This document shows positions 12,614-26,248 of a stretch of 64,000 nucleotides of DNA, in pieces. Position 1 is the first letter of the stretch; each line of letters starts with the position of its first letter. This DNA is from Macrostomum lignano (lineage: Eukaryota), in the NCBI GenBank assembly GCA_002269645.1, contig NIVC01000621.1, forward strand, positions 62,001-126,000, given 5' to 3'. The notes beneath the pieces were generated by a model. The model did no database searches. It had not been told where the DNA came from and saw only the letters and a program-made list of their open reading frames with translations. Made by a program: the position numbers and the translations under genes.

Positions 12614-13294
12614 TGTTGTGCCGTCTTGCGTCAGTTGGGGCTTCCCCCCTACCCGGCCTTTTTTCTCTCTCTGTCTCTTTTGCCTCCCCCTCGTGCTGGG
12701 TTGGGCTTAAGCCTCACCCTAATCTGGCTTGCGGCCTGCCAAGGGCCGGTCTCGTGCGCCGGCCGGCTCAGTTGCCCCACCCTTCCCGACGGCTGGTGAT
12801 TGGCTGGTTTTTGGGTGGGGTGTTCTTGCTTGGTCTGTCAGCTTGTTTGCCCCCTTTTTTGTTTTGCTATTTATACGCACGCCCCGCCCCTTCCCGGCCC
12901 CACCTTTTCCCGCTGACGGCAGTGTAGTGAATGGTATATATTCCCTATTTATACCATTGCTAAGGCAAATAAATCATTTATTTCACCGGTGCAGATAAAT
13001 GAAATAAACAATTAAAACATAAACTTCTGCACCAGTGCAACTGGGGGATACATAGCCAAATAAACGTTCGTTACGGTTTGCGGCATTCGAGCGCGTTAAT
13101 TGAGGTGGACAAATTGCAGGTGCGGGTCTCTTCTTTTTCGGGGTACCGCGCTGGGAAACGAGTTACTGGTGGCCGCTGTGAACTCTCGCAGCATTAGAAG
13201 TGGGATTAGATGCGACCTGGGTGTTTCCCAGTTGGGCAGCCCCGCTACCCTAGCCGGTTCGCAGCCCCCGGTTCGTCCCGGGGGTGGCACAACA
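12614..13294. mobile_element. Solo LTR, probably Gypsy-type
   Basis: TG...CA ends with a perfect 9-bp inverted repeat TGTTGTGCC/GGCACAACA, a 4-bp TSD AAAG, and internal AATAAA signals. Confidence 0.75.
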
Positions 13295-13337
13295 AAAGGA
13301 AGAAGATTTACCGTTTATTACAAGTTATACCTATCTG

Positions 13338-13544
13338 GAGTGGCGGATCTAGAATTTTATTCAAGGGGGCGCGGTCCAAGTTTGGGGCGCCAAAATGAGT
13401 ACGAGGGGCGTCAATTTTAAAGCTAGGGGCGCAAAAAATGCGTGTAGGGGGCGAAAATCAAGTTTAAAGGGCGCAAATTTAGGTTTTTGAGGGGCGCAAT
13501 ATGTTTCATCAAGCTGTTTTGGCCCGTCCCTAAATCCGCCCCTG
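13338..13544. mobile_element. hAT-type MITE
   Basis: TIRs (g)AGTGGCGGATCT / AAATCCGCCCCTG and an 8-bp TSD CCTATCTG. An inverted relative lies at 39815. Confidence 0.85.
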
Positions 13545-14537
13545 CCTATCTGAAAGCTATTTTTGTAACTTTTGTCATCCTTATTCAGTTATAAATGTGG
13601 TTCTTCAAACATGAAATGTACGAGTATATATATTATTTTCCGGATTGGTGTAACCATTATATTCACGTAAATTCCTTTGATGGTAATTTTTGACTAATCT
13701 TTTAATACAAATATTATTGCATGTGGTGGCCATTAGCTAATTATTGAACCGTTTTATCCTTTGTGCTTATGTGTGAATCGAATAAGAACCTTTTCGCAAT
13801 TAGTTGAACAGTCAATCATTTAAATAGCACTTTCCTCAAGCGTGATACACGAGAAGAGGTCCAGTTTTCTTTTTCTGAATATACTACAGTAGCTTTGCTC
13901 TCGCCTCGGTCAATCAATTACAATCTTCCGACTGGTTACACTGTACTATTCAACTGTTGCTAATTTGAGCTTCTGATCTTCGCTATTTAAGTTCTGATCT
14001 TCGCTATTTCCATAATCCGCAATTAAACGATATTTAGACTTATATTGATTTAAGCCAAATTAAAACTTTTAATAATGCGTGGTTTAAATCTTACTTATTT
14101 CCAAATCAAATTGTTTTACATGTACACAAAGTCAAAGCAGAAGAAGGTACTTAGAGTCATTTTGATGTGAAATTAAAGCATTTTTTCTCAACACAATGCC
14201 CCTAGTTACTTTCGACTTCCTACGGTCTAATAGAATATAGCGTACTGGCATTACGCAGATACTGAGATACTATAAAGTGCCTAATATTACTCTAAATGTA
14301 ATAGGGCATTATTTTAGGAACGGGAATTAGTTGCGGGTTAAGTGTGCTTTTTGCCTACTATCAGTAGTTTTGATTAGCGGAAGCAATTCGAGCGGATGAA
14401 AATCACTAGTTTTCGGGATCCTTTAGAACTACAGAGCAGTTGGGCTCTTGGAAAAGCATCCGTCTATGATCTAATAACTTTGAAAATTCACCCAAGGAAG
14501 TGGTAAGAAGGGAAAGAATGGAACATAACTAGACTTG

Positions 14538-14830
14538 CACAAGAGGAGTCTTGCCTCAAAACTAAAACGGGAGTCTTGCCCAGGCACAATACGGGGAATA
14601 GAAATTAGGGATTAATGTAAAGCAACCTTTTGTACGCATTTTATTCTTTATTATTAAAATTTTATTAAACCATTAACAATAAATCTCTTTGGTGTCCTGA
14701 CTCACTTCTTTAATCTAAGTACTAGGGTTAGGGAAAGCAGCAACCTGGTGGCAGCGAATCTACCAATATACCCAGAGAATCCACTAAGTCCTAAAAGTAG
14801 ACAAAACCAGTACGCCTAAGTCGCAGGTTA
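14538..14830 (+). mobile_element. Probable LTR 3' part plus PBS remnant
   Basis: The segment is shared with 22335-22600 and contains AATAAA and a PBS-like TGGTGGCAGCG at 14746. Ends not defined. Confidence 0.4.
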
Positions 14831-16038
14831 CACGCCCATTCCATAAAAAATATGTACTATAATGTAGCTCGTATTAGTACTATATTAATTATTGCGTGGT
14901 GACCACACATCTGTTTCCGTCTAAGTATAATGTGTGCCCTGAGCACACTATCCTAATTCCTGAAAATATTAGGCTCAATATGTTATTAAACTGCCGACAC
15001 GCACCACTTTATAATTCATTAAGTTTGCATTAAAAAGAATTTACTTAACCAAATAATTCAAATCTTTCAAAAGACCTTAAGGGTTAAGTGTTCACGAGCA
15101 GGATTGAGGTGTGACGAACTCAACGTTTACTCAACTTTGTCTCCTAGCCGGTTTTAAAACCTCAGAGTTGTGTACCTCAATCTTTCTAAACGGTCTCAGA
15201 TACACTATGTGGGATAACAAAAACTGTATTTTTAAATACATTTCGATGCAAACACGTTATGATTATAAATACTTCGCTCTCCAACCTCAGTATATCAAAT
15301 TCACAGAAAAATTTGACTTGCCTTAAGCTTAACCTTGCCTTATCAATTCACAGAATTAACCAGTAACGTACAGACAATGAGTACTGCTCGGTACAGTATC
15401 GACTCGTCGATTCTGGGATTATTGATGATTCAAAACTGCCTCTGTAGGAGACTATTGCGATGGATCTTAAAGTTCAGGGCGGTCGAGTGTAGCTACTACG
15501 AGTTTGTCAATAAGGCATACTCGTATCTACCAATGGTTAAGCACCCGTTTAAACTATCGAATTTACGATCGACGATATGGGAAAGATATATGTCAAAAAC
15601 ATAATGCGTGTTTTGAGTTTTAGCATACGCGAAAAGAATATATAAATAAACAACACAGCCTCAGTAAAATATACCAATCGTGATTAATTATGCCTTTTTA
15701 TTCTGACTGGTGGTGCGTTGCCTTTTTTCGCAGGCGCCCAGAGGGGCAATGGCTTGTCCGTTACGGTACTAGAGCCTAGCAACTACAGTTAACGATAGCT
15801 TCGATCATGGCGGCAATTTGAAAGAGTCTGCCCTGCGCAATTCTTTTTTAGGCCACCAAGGACGCCTTTAAGTACACGGTTGCCGAAAGGGGTAGCGGTC
15901 GAAGAAGGAAAAAGACTTCGAGAAATTTTCAGAAATTTTTTCAGAAATTTCAGAAATTCAGAATTTTTTCAGAGCTATAAATATAAAACGCCGCTTCAAT
16001 TAGAGTCGTCTAGTCGAGTCTGCCTACTAAATATATCT

Positions 16039-16716
<678 letters not shown>

Positions 16717-16724
16717 CAGATATA

Positions 16725-16860
16725 AAGCAAAGAGCTGAAGAGAGCCGAGAAGATATGCAAACCTTTAGTGGGCCGAACGGCTGTTGTGAATTTTCAAAGG
16801 ACCCAAAGGTCGGATAGAGAGAGGCTTCCCGGGCCGCTGGCCAGAGTCTGCCAACCCCTG
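16725..16860. mobile_element. 3' portion of a hAT-like MITE
   Basis: Ends in GAGTCTGCCAACCCCTG; homologous to 25620-25744 and 42840-42980. Confidence 0.65.
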
Positions 16861-17073
16861 ACCGGTACAATGTAGAATGTACATCTATTCAAGTTGGCTT
16901 AATCTTGACCGGATTGCAGCCTCTCAATATTTTCTATCTCAACAATTCGTTCAATTGTCTCAATTCGGCCGTCTATACAGGAGGCCCAGCAGCAAAAGCG
17001 CACTACACTGTTGGCCCTCTTGTGTACGTTCTGTCTATCCAATTATTCATATCTGTTACCAGTACACTTTGGC

Positions 17074-17081
17074 TATAAATA
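17074..17081 (+). promoter_or_regulatory. Candidate TATA box of the MGNQKS leader
   Basis: TATAAATA about 118 bp upstream of the ATG at 17192; conserved in the duplicate at 43176. Confidence 0.5.
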
Positions 17082-17191
17082 GCTATGATGCTACCCATAA
17101 AAGAGAGCCGTATAGTTGCTACAGCTAGCAGTTTTAAGTTTCTAAACATCCTTAAGAACTTTTCCTCGGTAGCTGCTCAATTGTAGACGGA

Positions 17192-20083
17192 ATGGGCAAC
17201 CAGAAGAGCAAAAAATCAACTGCCAAACTCGCCGGGAGCAGAGCGAGCGTGGCTCACCCCAGCAATTACGAGTATGTACTGCCAGAGCAAGGGCAGAGTC
17301 TGTATCCACCGCAGTCTCACATATCGCCAAATGTGAGTCCATATATTGCATCATCAATCAGTGTATTTTACTTTAGACTGATTTAACAAAATTGGAAAAC
17401 AGTTCTGTGAAAATGAGTTTGAAAACTTCTAATTGAATATGCCAAAGAAAAATGGCTACGGGTACGGACGGAGACAAATGACTACGACGCTGCAGACGGG
17501 AATGACCGGTCAAAATAGCAGGACTGCGCAGGTTCCATGGCCGTCCAGTTTATCGTTTCATAATCGTGTTTCGAATCAGCTTTGAACCAATCAACTGTAG
17601 ATTGATTTTGAGCAGTCTTGAATAGCAGAGCTGCTTATAATAAGGCTCTAGCCGGCCGCTAACTAAAAACTTACATATGAGTAATAATAACTCCGCCAAG
17701 ACAACAAGGTTTAGCCATATGATTATATTTGATCACTTAGTTTTAACGTTTGAATAAGTACGTAAGTAATCAAATAAGCGAGCTACAAGCAAGGAGAATA
17801 AGCCTGAGACACTACGGAAAAACTAAGCGCGCTACTCCAATGCTCTTATTAATCCATTGTATATAGCTTACGCCCTATCTACTTGGTCTATAGTCATGGC
17901 AGTGCTCAGTCTTACCCACCGTTCACAGGTGTCTGCAGAAGCAATCGGCACGCTTAGATTACGGTAACGATTTGCAGACGAGTTGTTTAAGCAAGTCGGA
18001 AGTTTAGTAAGGAGAGTAAAGAATAGGCATTTAACCCCTCGCTTATTTATAGTGAATTTTCCCAATGCAGTCCCTGTGAAACTGTCTGCGTTATCAGCTT
18101 CTCACGTCTTCCAGACATCGTCGCAATTCCGGCAGATTCCCACGATCTCCCTCTCTCGTGTGACTTCTGAAATGTCTCAGTGTTCAGAATGTAATTGAAT
18201 CCCCCCCACATAAAGGCATACAACCCTTTACAGTGGATCAGACTTTTAGGGCGGCCTGCACTCGCCCTTTGCATTGCCATCTTCGAGCGCTTGTGGCTTT
18301 TTGTAAGAGTGCAGCTGTCCACAACTACACTCCACCACGCTCTGATAGCAGTGCAATTCCCTAATTCCCTAACCTAAAACCTAAGTTTCATTCTTAATAA
18401 TTCCTAAATGACAGTCGATTGCCATCCTTATACTGCTATCACCTTTGTTGGGCGCCCCAGTCTCTTGATGGGCGCCTCTGCCTCTATCTCCGGGCGGGTG
18501 GATGCTACATCCAAGAGGTTGCACCAGTGAGCTCCTCTCATTTCTCTCATTCCGTTTGCTTTTAGTAAATTTTCATTTAGTTTTTGGAGAAGCAGAAGCA
18601 TTTATACTTGATATTTTCCTTAATTAATCATCACACGAATTTGTACCTCTCACAATTTGTTCAATCGACTTTGAAACATGTGTTTGCAGACAACCGTCAC
18701 AGAAGTGAAGAAACAACAGTTCGAAAGGGAACTCTCGCTTTGCTTAAATTGGATTTCCGAAAAGGCCGAATCCTTGCCGCGAATTCAATCAGCAATCTCG
18801 GACTCCGAAGACCTCAGCATCATTGATCAGCAGGTGAAATGCCTGGCTGACCTGTGCTACGAAATCAATCAGTGGCAGAGCACTGTAGAAAAGGTCAAGC
18901 AACTTGGCGGAGATCTCATGGTGCAGTCGAGCCAGCTAGAAGCAGTCAGGACAGAAAGCCAACAGAATGTCGAGGAATCGTTGACGTTGTTAGCCATCCG
19001 CTACGACTCTCTGAAAGCAGAGGCGGCTAAAAATTTGGTGAGACACTTTTTGAGGTTCATTTTAAGCTGTGACACTTTTGGCAATGTAATAAGCGTCAGT
19101 GAAAACAGGTTGAATTAATATTCAAAAAAAGAAATAAAAGCAGTTTGAAAAGAGTCACTGAAAGAGGTTAGAAAAGAATAATTTTTGTACTTAAACGTAT
19201 AAGATTGCGGAAATTCAAGAAACCTACGCAGAAACCTGCATCATTTTTCGCATAAATCTTATCGTCACATGCTATTTTTCTCGATCCCAATCAGGCAAAC
19301 GGGAAGCAACACTTTAGCCAGAAATATGCTGCGGCGTGTGGAAAGTTTGAAAGCCGACGGCGGTGCGTTTCTGAATGGATAGAAAGCACGCTATCGAATA
19401 TCAGCGATCTCAGGTATCAGCTTGAGGATTGGCGCCTCAATGTGAGTATCTCAGCAGCTGCATTCGTAATAACCCAAATCATTTTTACGCCCATTTTAAT
19501 GTACAAGTGTAAATAAAAAATTCAAGGCGATCCAGCACAGCATGTCAGACGGAGAGGAGCGGTTCCACGCAGCCCTGGAAGCTGGCACCAGAATTCCTTC
19601 CCAGCTGCAATCCACTTCGGGAGTCGAACCTCACCCGGAAGCCATCCAAAGGCAGTTAAACGAGCTTATAGACCAATGGGACGTGCTCAACTCTACTGTT
19701 AACCAGGTTTGATTGACTTTTGTGAACGAAACCTCTTATCAGTAACGGAGATAGCCGGTATCTAGTAAATACCATTTACTATAAACCCTCAGCATGATCA
19801 CCATTTTCTGGCTTACTTTTATGCAATCCAATTGTTAAACAGTTTTGTGCAGGTCAAAGCAAATGCTCAGGCTGTGCGGCGTAGTCGAAAAAGCGGAAAC
19901 CCATACAATGCGCCGATGTACTCAACCGCGAACTTTGCAAGGAAGTTACAATCTGGATTAAGAATGAAAATTTTAAGCATCGAAGTATTAAGGAATCCTT
20001 TTTGGTGGGTGCCCATGTCTCTCGATGAGCGCCTCTGTCCCTATCTCCTGGGCGGGTGGATGCTACATCCAAGAGGTGGCTAG
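17192..20083 (+). CDS. Met-Gly leader plus two spectrin-like repeats; 3' end uncertain
   Basis: Phase-0 exons 17192-17332 (MGNQKS...), 18690-19037 (FERELSLCLNWISEK...YDSL), 19295-19441 (FESRRRCVSEWI), 19527-19706 (QLNELIDQWDVL) and 19853-20083. The last exon runs into sequence homologous to an intronic block. Confidence 0.7.
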
Positions 20084-20461
20084 AGGTGGTTTAGAGGTGA
20101 CTAAAGTGTGTAGACTATAATGACGTGAAGCTAGACAGTAAAAAAGATATTTTACTGATATTGCCTCTGCAGACTACTAAGAGTAGTAATTGAATGTTTT
20201 TTTACCGAAAAGCTGGATACTCTTGCTAAACTATAATGTTGAAATAACAAGGCTCCGATTTGTATCTTTTTATATTAATTCTACGACCATCTGAGTGAAA
20301 TATTTTTCATTTTTACTTTAGAACCATTGTGTTGGTACCCATATTTATTACCAACTAGAAAATTTATGTAATAAGCTGCGGTATATACCAACTACAATGC
20401 AGTAAACAATGGAAATTTCTGACGATTTCACATAATCATACTACAGATAGCAGCGCATCCG

Positions 20462-20551
20462 ATGGAGAATGTACTGCCAAGGCAACAAGAAAGTCGGTAT
20501 CTTCCGCAGTCTGAACCACCTCCACCCGTGATTGTAACAGTTCCAACTTAT
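20462..20551 (+). CDS. Leader exon paralog MENVLPRQQ... (lacks Gly2)
   Basis: Homologous to the leaders at 30315 and 31374, with the same short 5'UTR intron and a phase-0 GTAAGT donor. Confidence 0.55.
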
Positions 20552-22334
20552 GTAAGTTCATATTGTACCATCAGTTGGTAAGTTTTCCTTTAGTTTGATT
20601 TAAATAAATTGGAAAAACTGTTCTGTAAAAGTGAGTTCGGAAAGTTTTCACTGAATTTGCAAAATTTGAGAAAAAATATGGATCAGAGAGAGACGACGCA
20701 GCAGACGGAGTGAACGGTCGGCATAGCAGGACTTTTCAGGTTCAATGGCTGTCCAGTTTAATATTTTCTAATCAAATTTAGAATGGGTTCTGAAGCCTCT
20801 TGACAAATTGAGCAACTGTAGCGGAGCACTCGGTGCAGTTCAAATAATAAAAGAAAATAATTGTAACTTAATTTAACTATTAAATTTATTAATAATTATT
20901 CCAGGTTATTTATTTGATTGTCAAATAACAGATTGACAATTTGATTGACAAATAATTATATAACTTATATTAAAGTTACTAGGGTACAGTCTTGGCGGCG
21001 GTTGAGTTACTATGTTCAATATACTAATATAATCCAATGTTTAATTCAGCTTGGGTTGGCTCTATAGCCTAAAGGGGAAATAGACTTGTCTAGTTAGGAA
21101 CACGGCAACGAGGGACGACGAGCGCGAGGAGAGGAAGAGCCTACACCAAAAAACATGAAACTCTCGCACTCAAAACCGCACCAAAACTGACCCACTAAAA
21201 CCTCCAAACCTACTACAAAAAATGGTAACCAAAATAATAGAACAGTACATAAAATAATGGACAGAATTTTTCCTAGAACTTAACGTAAAAAGGCTTTCCC
21301 CCTAACCCCATATTAATTAGAAAAAATCTATTTAGGTACAATAAAAAACGGATAGAAACTAAAAATATTATAGCATAACGACATCGTCACAGCAATATTT
21401 GACTCAGAGCTACTATTGGTGGGCGATTCTGCCTATTTGGTGGATGCTTTATCGAAGAGGTGGCAAACGTTGAGCTCGTGTGATTCGTCCAGTTTCACTT
21501 TCATTTATTTTTTGGAGGATGAGTGACTGAAATTTGCGGAGGAGTGGGCAAAACTTTGCAGTCAAAAGTTTTTAAAAGATTTACTTGAGGTAGTCCTCAG
21601 GCAATTCCGAAGCACTCCGAAAGGACAGGAGCAATAATAAATCAAGTGTTTAAATCATGGGCAGCAATAAGATTCAAATATGCATTAGGTTTTCGAATAT
21701 ATGATGCTCTAGTACTCATTAAATATGGATGTTGCCATGTTGACTGTGGCCAAATCTTGTCAAGACTTGTCTCGAGATCCCTCGGCCTGCAGCAATCAAA
21801 ATTATGGATAGACAAAACTGCCCTTGAGTAAGTGTTTAAATAAGTGTTTCGAATTAACGACGCTGGCGACGGCGACGACAGAGGCTGCGGCATCCAAGGC
21901 GGCTACTGGCCCGGCAGCTACGTCGACATCGCCGTCTGCATCTCTATAGTTTATTCTTATAATAACTCTGTTGCTACCGGTTTTACATTTTAGAGCACTT
22001 TTAATTTATTTATTTCTCTTATTGTATTCTCTTGCACCTGTTTTACTCTTACCCTGTAGTACTTATACAGTCTAACCTAAGAATTAAGTCTCTGTACACT
22101 TTACAAACCTACATGGACCACTTACAAATATACAGGCGACAGAGCCAAATTTTAAAACGGCTGACGCGCGGCCAGAAAGTTGTCGGCTTGGCACTCCCTT
22201 GGCATACTTAATAACGAACGAACCTAGAAAGGCATCCGTTTGCGTCGCTTTTAACTTAAAGACTAATCAAGGTATTTAAGGTGAAAGAAGGGAACAGGGA
22301 AATAAGGGATCACTAGGAACAGGAATAGTGTTGC

Positions 22335-22600
22335 ACAAGAGGAGTCTTGCCTCTAAAACGGGAGTCTCGCCCGAGCACTTAGGAAACATAATATTAATGT
22401 AAAAACAACCTTTTGTATGTTAACATTTTCTATTAAATTTTGTGTCAAACTTAAAATATTTCAATCGGTGTCCTGACTTACTTCTTTAATATCTAAAAAC
22501 TAGAATTAGGGAAATCAGGGACCTGGTGGCAGCGAATCTACCAACCTACCCAAATACGAGTAATGCACTAAAATAGTAAGTAGACAAAAACAGTAGCCTA
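22335..22600 (+). mobile_element. Probable LTR 3' part plus PBS remnant, second copy
   Basis: Homologous to 14538-14830; TGGTGGCAGCG at 22524. Confidence 0.4.
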
Positions 22601-22762
22601 AACCGACAGACCACGACTTGTCCAAATGCTCAGTTGAAAGGAATAAAACTTAGGTGCGTAGATTACGAGTATAATGACGGCGAGATAGACTAAAAAACAA
22701 AGCAGAGACAGAAATTTACGGGCTGGCAGAGCTAAACCAGATGAAAATTTCATTTCCCTCAG

Positions 22763-24783
22763 AATCGCTATCGCCGAAACCCTCATTCAAAATGGGAACG
22801 CCACTGCGATCAGAATCAGTTTGACGCGTGTGACTTTAGTGGTCTGCAGTCCCGCGGAAGATGGCAAAGCGAGACCGACTTGCGAGATCGATCGGATGAC
22901 AGAGACAATTGGGGCGAGAGCGATAGAGGACAGCGCGATGGAGGAAGGGGACGCCACGATACGAGGAGAGATGTGGGTCATCAAAACTGCATTGTCGTTG
23001 TACTCAAACAGATTATGTAAAATAGTTGTAAAAATGTTTTTAGAACAACCGCGAAAGTCCTTGGAGAGATCGAAGTCGTGAATTCTCCAACAGCCAACAT
23101 GATCTGAGAAGCTGGGATGAGACCGACAGTGAAGACAGCGACAGGAATCGAAATGGCCACCTCGATGGAGGAAGGCGCAACCATCGGAGAGAATATCATA
23201 GACGCCGCGGGCACTATAGAGAGAAGGTGAGTCTGATCTTGTCTAGGATATTTCAAAACACTCAATATAGTAGTTCAGACATCTAGTCTTCCATGGAATA
23301 TAGACAACCGTTATAGACAACATGAGAGACACATTCAGTCCTCCATGAGAGACAAATTCGGGATTAATGAGAGACATATTCCGGCTTCCATGAGACACCC
23401 AATCTTCGAAGTGACGATCTAAAACGCCGTTTTTCAAGACTACGACCAAATCATTCTATTTCATTATGACGTTTTGATCCAGCTTTGATACAGGATTTCC
23501 TCCTCAATCCCATCTGCAGCAGAAAGTTCGGCATTTTAACTGCGGACACTGGGAGAAGCTGGATCGTGAAGCCTCATCTCGGCTATTCAGCAACGAGTTC
23601 TGCTCCAAATGCTGGCCGCTCACCGCCCAGATGCAGCGGAACGGCCTGTTTAGTCGACCGAGAGACGACGACCAGGTCAAGCGAACAATGCTGTCGGACA
23701 CTGACCCTGAAACCTCTCTGGAATACATTCAGGTGCTGGACAGGGTGACCAGATACGTCAAGCCGGAGCACAATATCAGAGTGAGAATTCGAAGCATCGA
23801 GAAGATTGAAAACCCGGTGTTGGACAGGCGGGTCTATCACGTGTACGACCAGCTGGTTAAGAAAAACAGCGAGCCACTCCTGCTCATCCACGGCACGTCT
23901 AGAGACGTAGCAGAGAAGATCATCCAGGAAGGCTTTCAGGTATCTAAAGTTGGCACCAAATATACTTTGTATGCCAGGGCTGTGGGTGCCCTGGGCAGGG
24001 TGGCGATTCTGCTGACCATTCGACGGCTTTCCCATCAAGCACTACTAGCCTACAACAATTTGCTCCTAGTGGTCCTTTACTTCCATTACAGTATGAGAAA
24101 CAACACAAGTCAGGCAAGCGCATGTAATTCTCTTAAACTACAGGTGTTTAGCGTCAGTTAGAAGCTAAACTAAGTGTCAGTTAAAAAAAATTAGGGAGCC
24201 TACTGCAACAGAACGACTCTTGCCGGATTGCGGATCGTTATCCCATTAAAACTGTATGATTACAACCACACCAGAAACTTTGCTGTTAGCGACGTTGGCT
24301 ACTGTCATTGTACATATGACAGGTAGTCATTGTACCGTTTACGGCAATAGTTAAACTCAGATACACACCAAACAATCTACCAGTGCATGTACAGTGTGCT
24401 AAATGCTATAATTTCCGATAATTCGAATCTATATGTATCTGAAATTTTCAAATGACAATCTCTAAAACGCTACACACAAGGTTGGCACCAGAGGCATGTA
24501 CGGAGCAGGGATCTACTTTGCAACAGACACAAGCAAGAGTGCACAGTACGCTAGAGACAGCGGCGTCAAGACCCTGCTCCTGTGCAACGTTGTGCTCGGC
24601 AAGTACATGGTGTGCAACTCACCCAGAAACGACCTGAACTTGCAGACTGTTGTGGCCGCCGGTTTTGACTCGGTGTTCGCCAAACGGAACTCGAGGGGAA
24701 CCGGAGGCGTGTTAAACGACGAGTACATCGTGTACCGGCCTGAGCAAGCGTCTCCCAGGTATCTGGTGAAGTTTAAAGTCTGA
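22763..24783 (+). CDS. Linker + PARP-type ART, copy 2
   Basis: Open phase-0 exons 22763-22972, 23044-23226, 23520-23939 and 24481-24783; motifs IHGT, GIYFA, NDEY. Confidence 0.82.
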
Positions 24784-25335
24784 GCTGCGCTGTTTTTAGG
24801 TTAACTCAAGCTAATATACAGCTAGCTATACTATATAAGCAACATTGAAACCATCACCCTTGAACCCAGTGCGTCTTAGTGAGAGTTGATCGAATAACTT
24901 TGCATCATTTGCAGTGTCGTGGGCTGAAGTCAATCGCCCTGACAATTTACTGCCGCTCTAGGGTGGCAGTTTTCCATGTAGCTGAGTATGCTTGTAGCCA
25001 TCGAGTTAATAGTTTACTCGCGTAATACCAAAAGATGCCTCTAAATGGTCTAGATCAATCGCTTCGCGAATGAAAGACTTGTTGCTCATATTGTATCTTG
25101 TGCTAGCTAAACATAATTATAATCCCAGCATAGAAACAGAACAATGTTTATAGATTTGCATACATAGCATGTATGTTTAATCTGATGGCTAATTTATATT
25201 TTTTGACATGTTTAGCTATTGATATTTGGTGCCGATAACAGCGATTTTTTAACCATCAAGTGTTATGGTATTTGCCTATTTGCCCGTTTGGTTTGGTTTG
25301 GTAATTTATCCTTCGACTGTAACTTATGTCCAAAT

Positions 25336-25744
25336 CAAGGCCTGGCAAACTTTTACCTCAAGGGCCAGATGAAGAACCCTAGCGCATAACTGCGAGCCTG
25401 AGAGGAGGGAAGAGAGAGGAGAGGGAAGAAAGAAGAGTAATTGGAGAGAGGAGAGAAGAGGCAATAAAAGAGAAGAGAGGAGAGACGAAATAGGAGAAGA
25501 GAGGGGAGAGAAAGAGAAGGGAGAGGAGAGAGGAGAGATAGGAGAGGAGAAAGGGGAGAAAGGCGAGGAGAGGAGAAAGAAGATTGAGAGGGGATCAGAC
25601 AGAAGAGAGAAGAGACACAATCAAACCTTAAGTAGACCAGTTTGCTCTTGTGAGGTTTTTGAAACTTGTGAAAGGAACTAAGGGCCGGAGAGAGAGGCTT
25701 TGCTGGCCACATGTGGCCCGTAAGCCGGAGTTTGCCGACCCCTG
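25336..25744. mobile_element. hAT-like MITE with an AG-rich interior
   Basis: Degenerate TIRs CAAGGCCTGGCAAACT / AGTTTGCCGACCCCTG; no TSD seen. Confidence 0.65.
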
Positions 25745-26122
25745 CTCTTATTAATTGAATACAGATATTTCTAATTATAATTTCTACTTTTTAATATACA
25801 TTAATCAGTATTTCTTTTATTTAAGTTGTTTTAAAAGTACTGCAGCCAACAGCTAGTGTAATACGCTCGTACATAACAACTATTAAATATCTAATAAAGA
25901 TTCTAATCCGTTAGCATTCACGAGTTTAAAGATATTCAGCAAAAGTCTGTTTTCACTGTCAGTTGATTTGCATTTTTGTTTCACAAAAACCTAGCCAGCT
26001 ATATTGCTAATGCGCTCGTATAAGCCAGAAAACATATAAGTTCAACTATAGCTATCAATTGATCCAATGTCTGCAAGCTACATGTATTGTGTCGAATGGA
26101 TGTAATTAAAAAGCAAATTTAT

Positions 26123-26248
26123 GGGGCTCAGCACGAGCCGAATTGCCTCGTCAAATACCGTCTTCACCTCGGATTGCAGCTTGGACGAGCACTCCAAGTA
26201 CCTTACTGCCTGTATCTCCTTGGCCAGGGCCTGTCCCTGAGTGAGTGG
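26123..26248 (-). pseudogene. Rac/Rho-family GTPase C-terminal fragment
   Basis: [39 protein letters not shown] aligns with Rac1 [39 protein letters not shown]; no P-loop or CAAX is visible. Confidence 0.8.

Noticed and set aside
17440-17560. Conserved block after the leaders as a possible exon 2 (also at 20670, 30470, 33220)
   Set aside because: No consistent acceptor or frame, stops in phase 0, and absent after the 31374 leader; treated as intronic.
18690-19706. Ortholog of dystrophin, spectrin or nesprin
   Set aside because: Only two repeats, no actin-binding domain, and exon homology to the local ART genes; no gene symbol is justified.
20990-21400. Possible LTR-element leader or gag start
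   Set aside because: A PBS-like TGGCGGCG is present, but there is no LTR boundary or ORF support.
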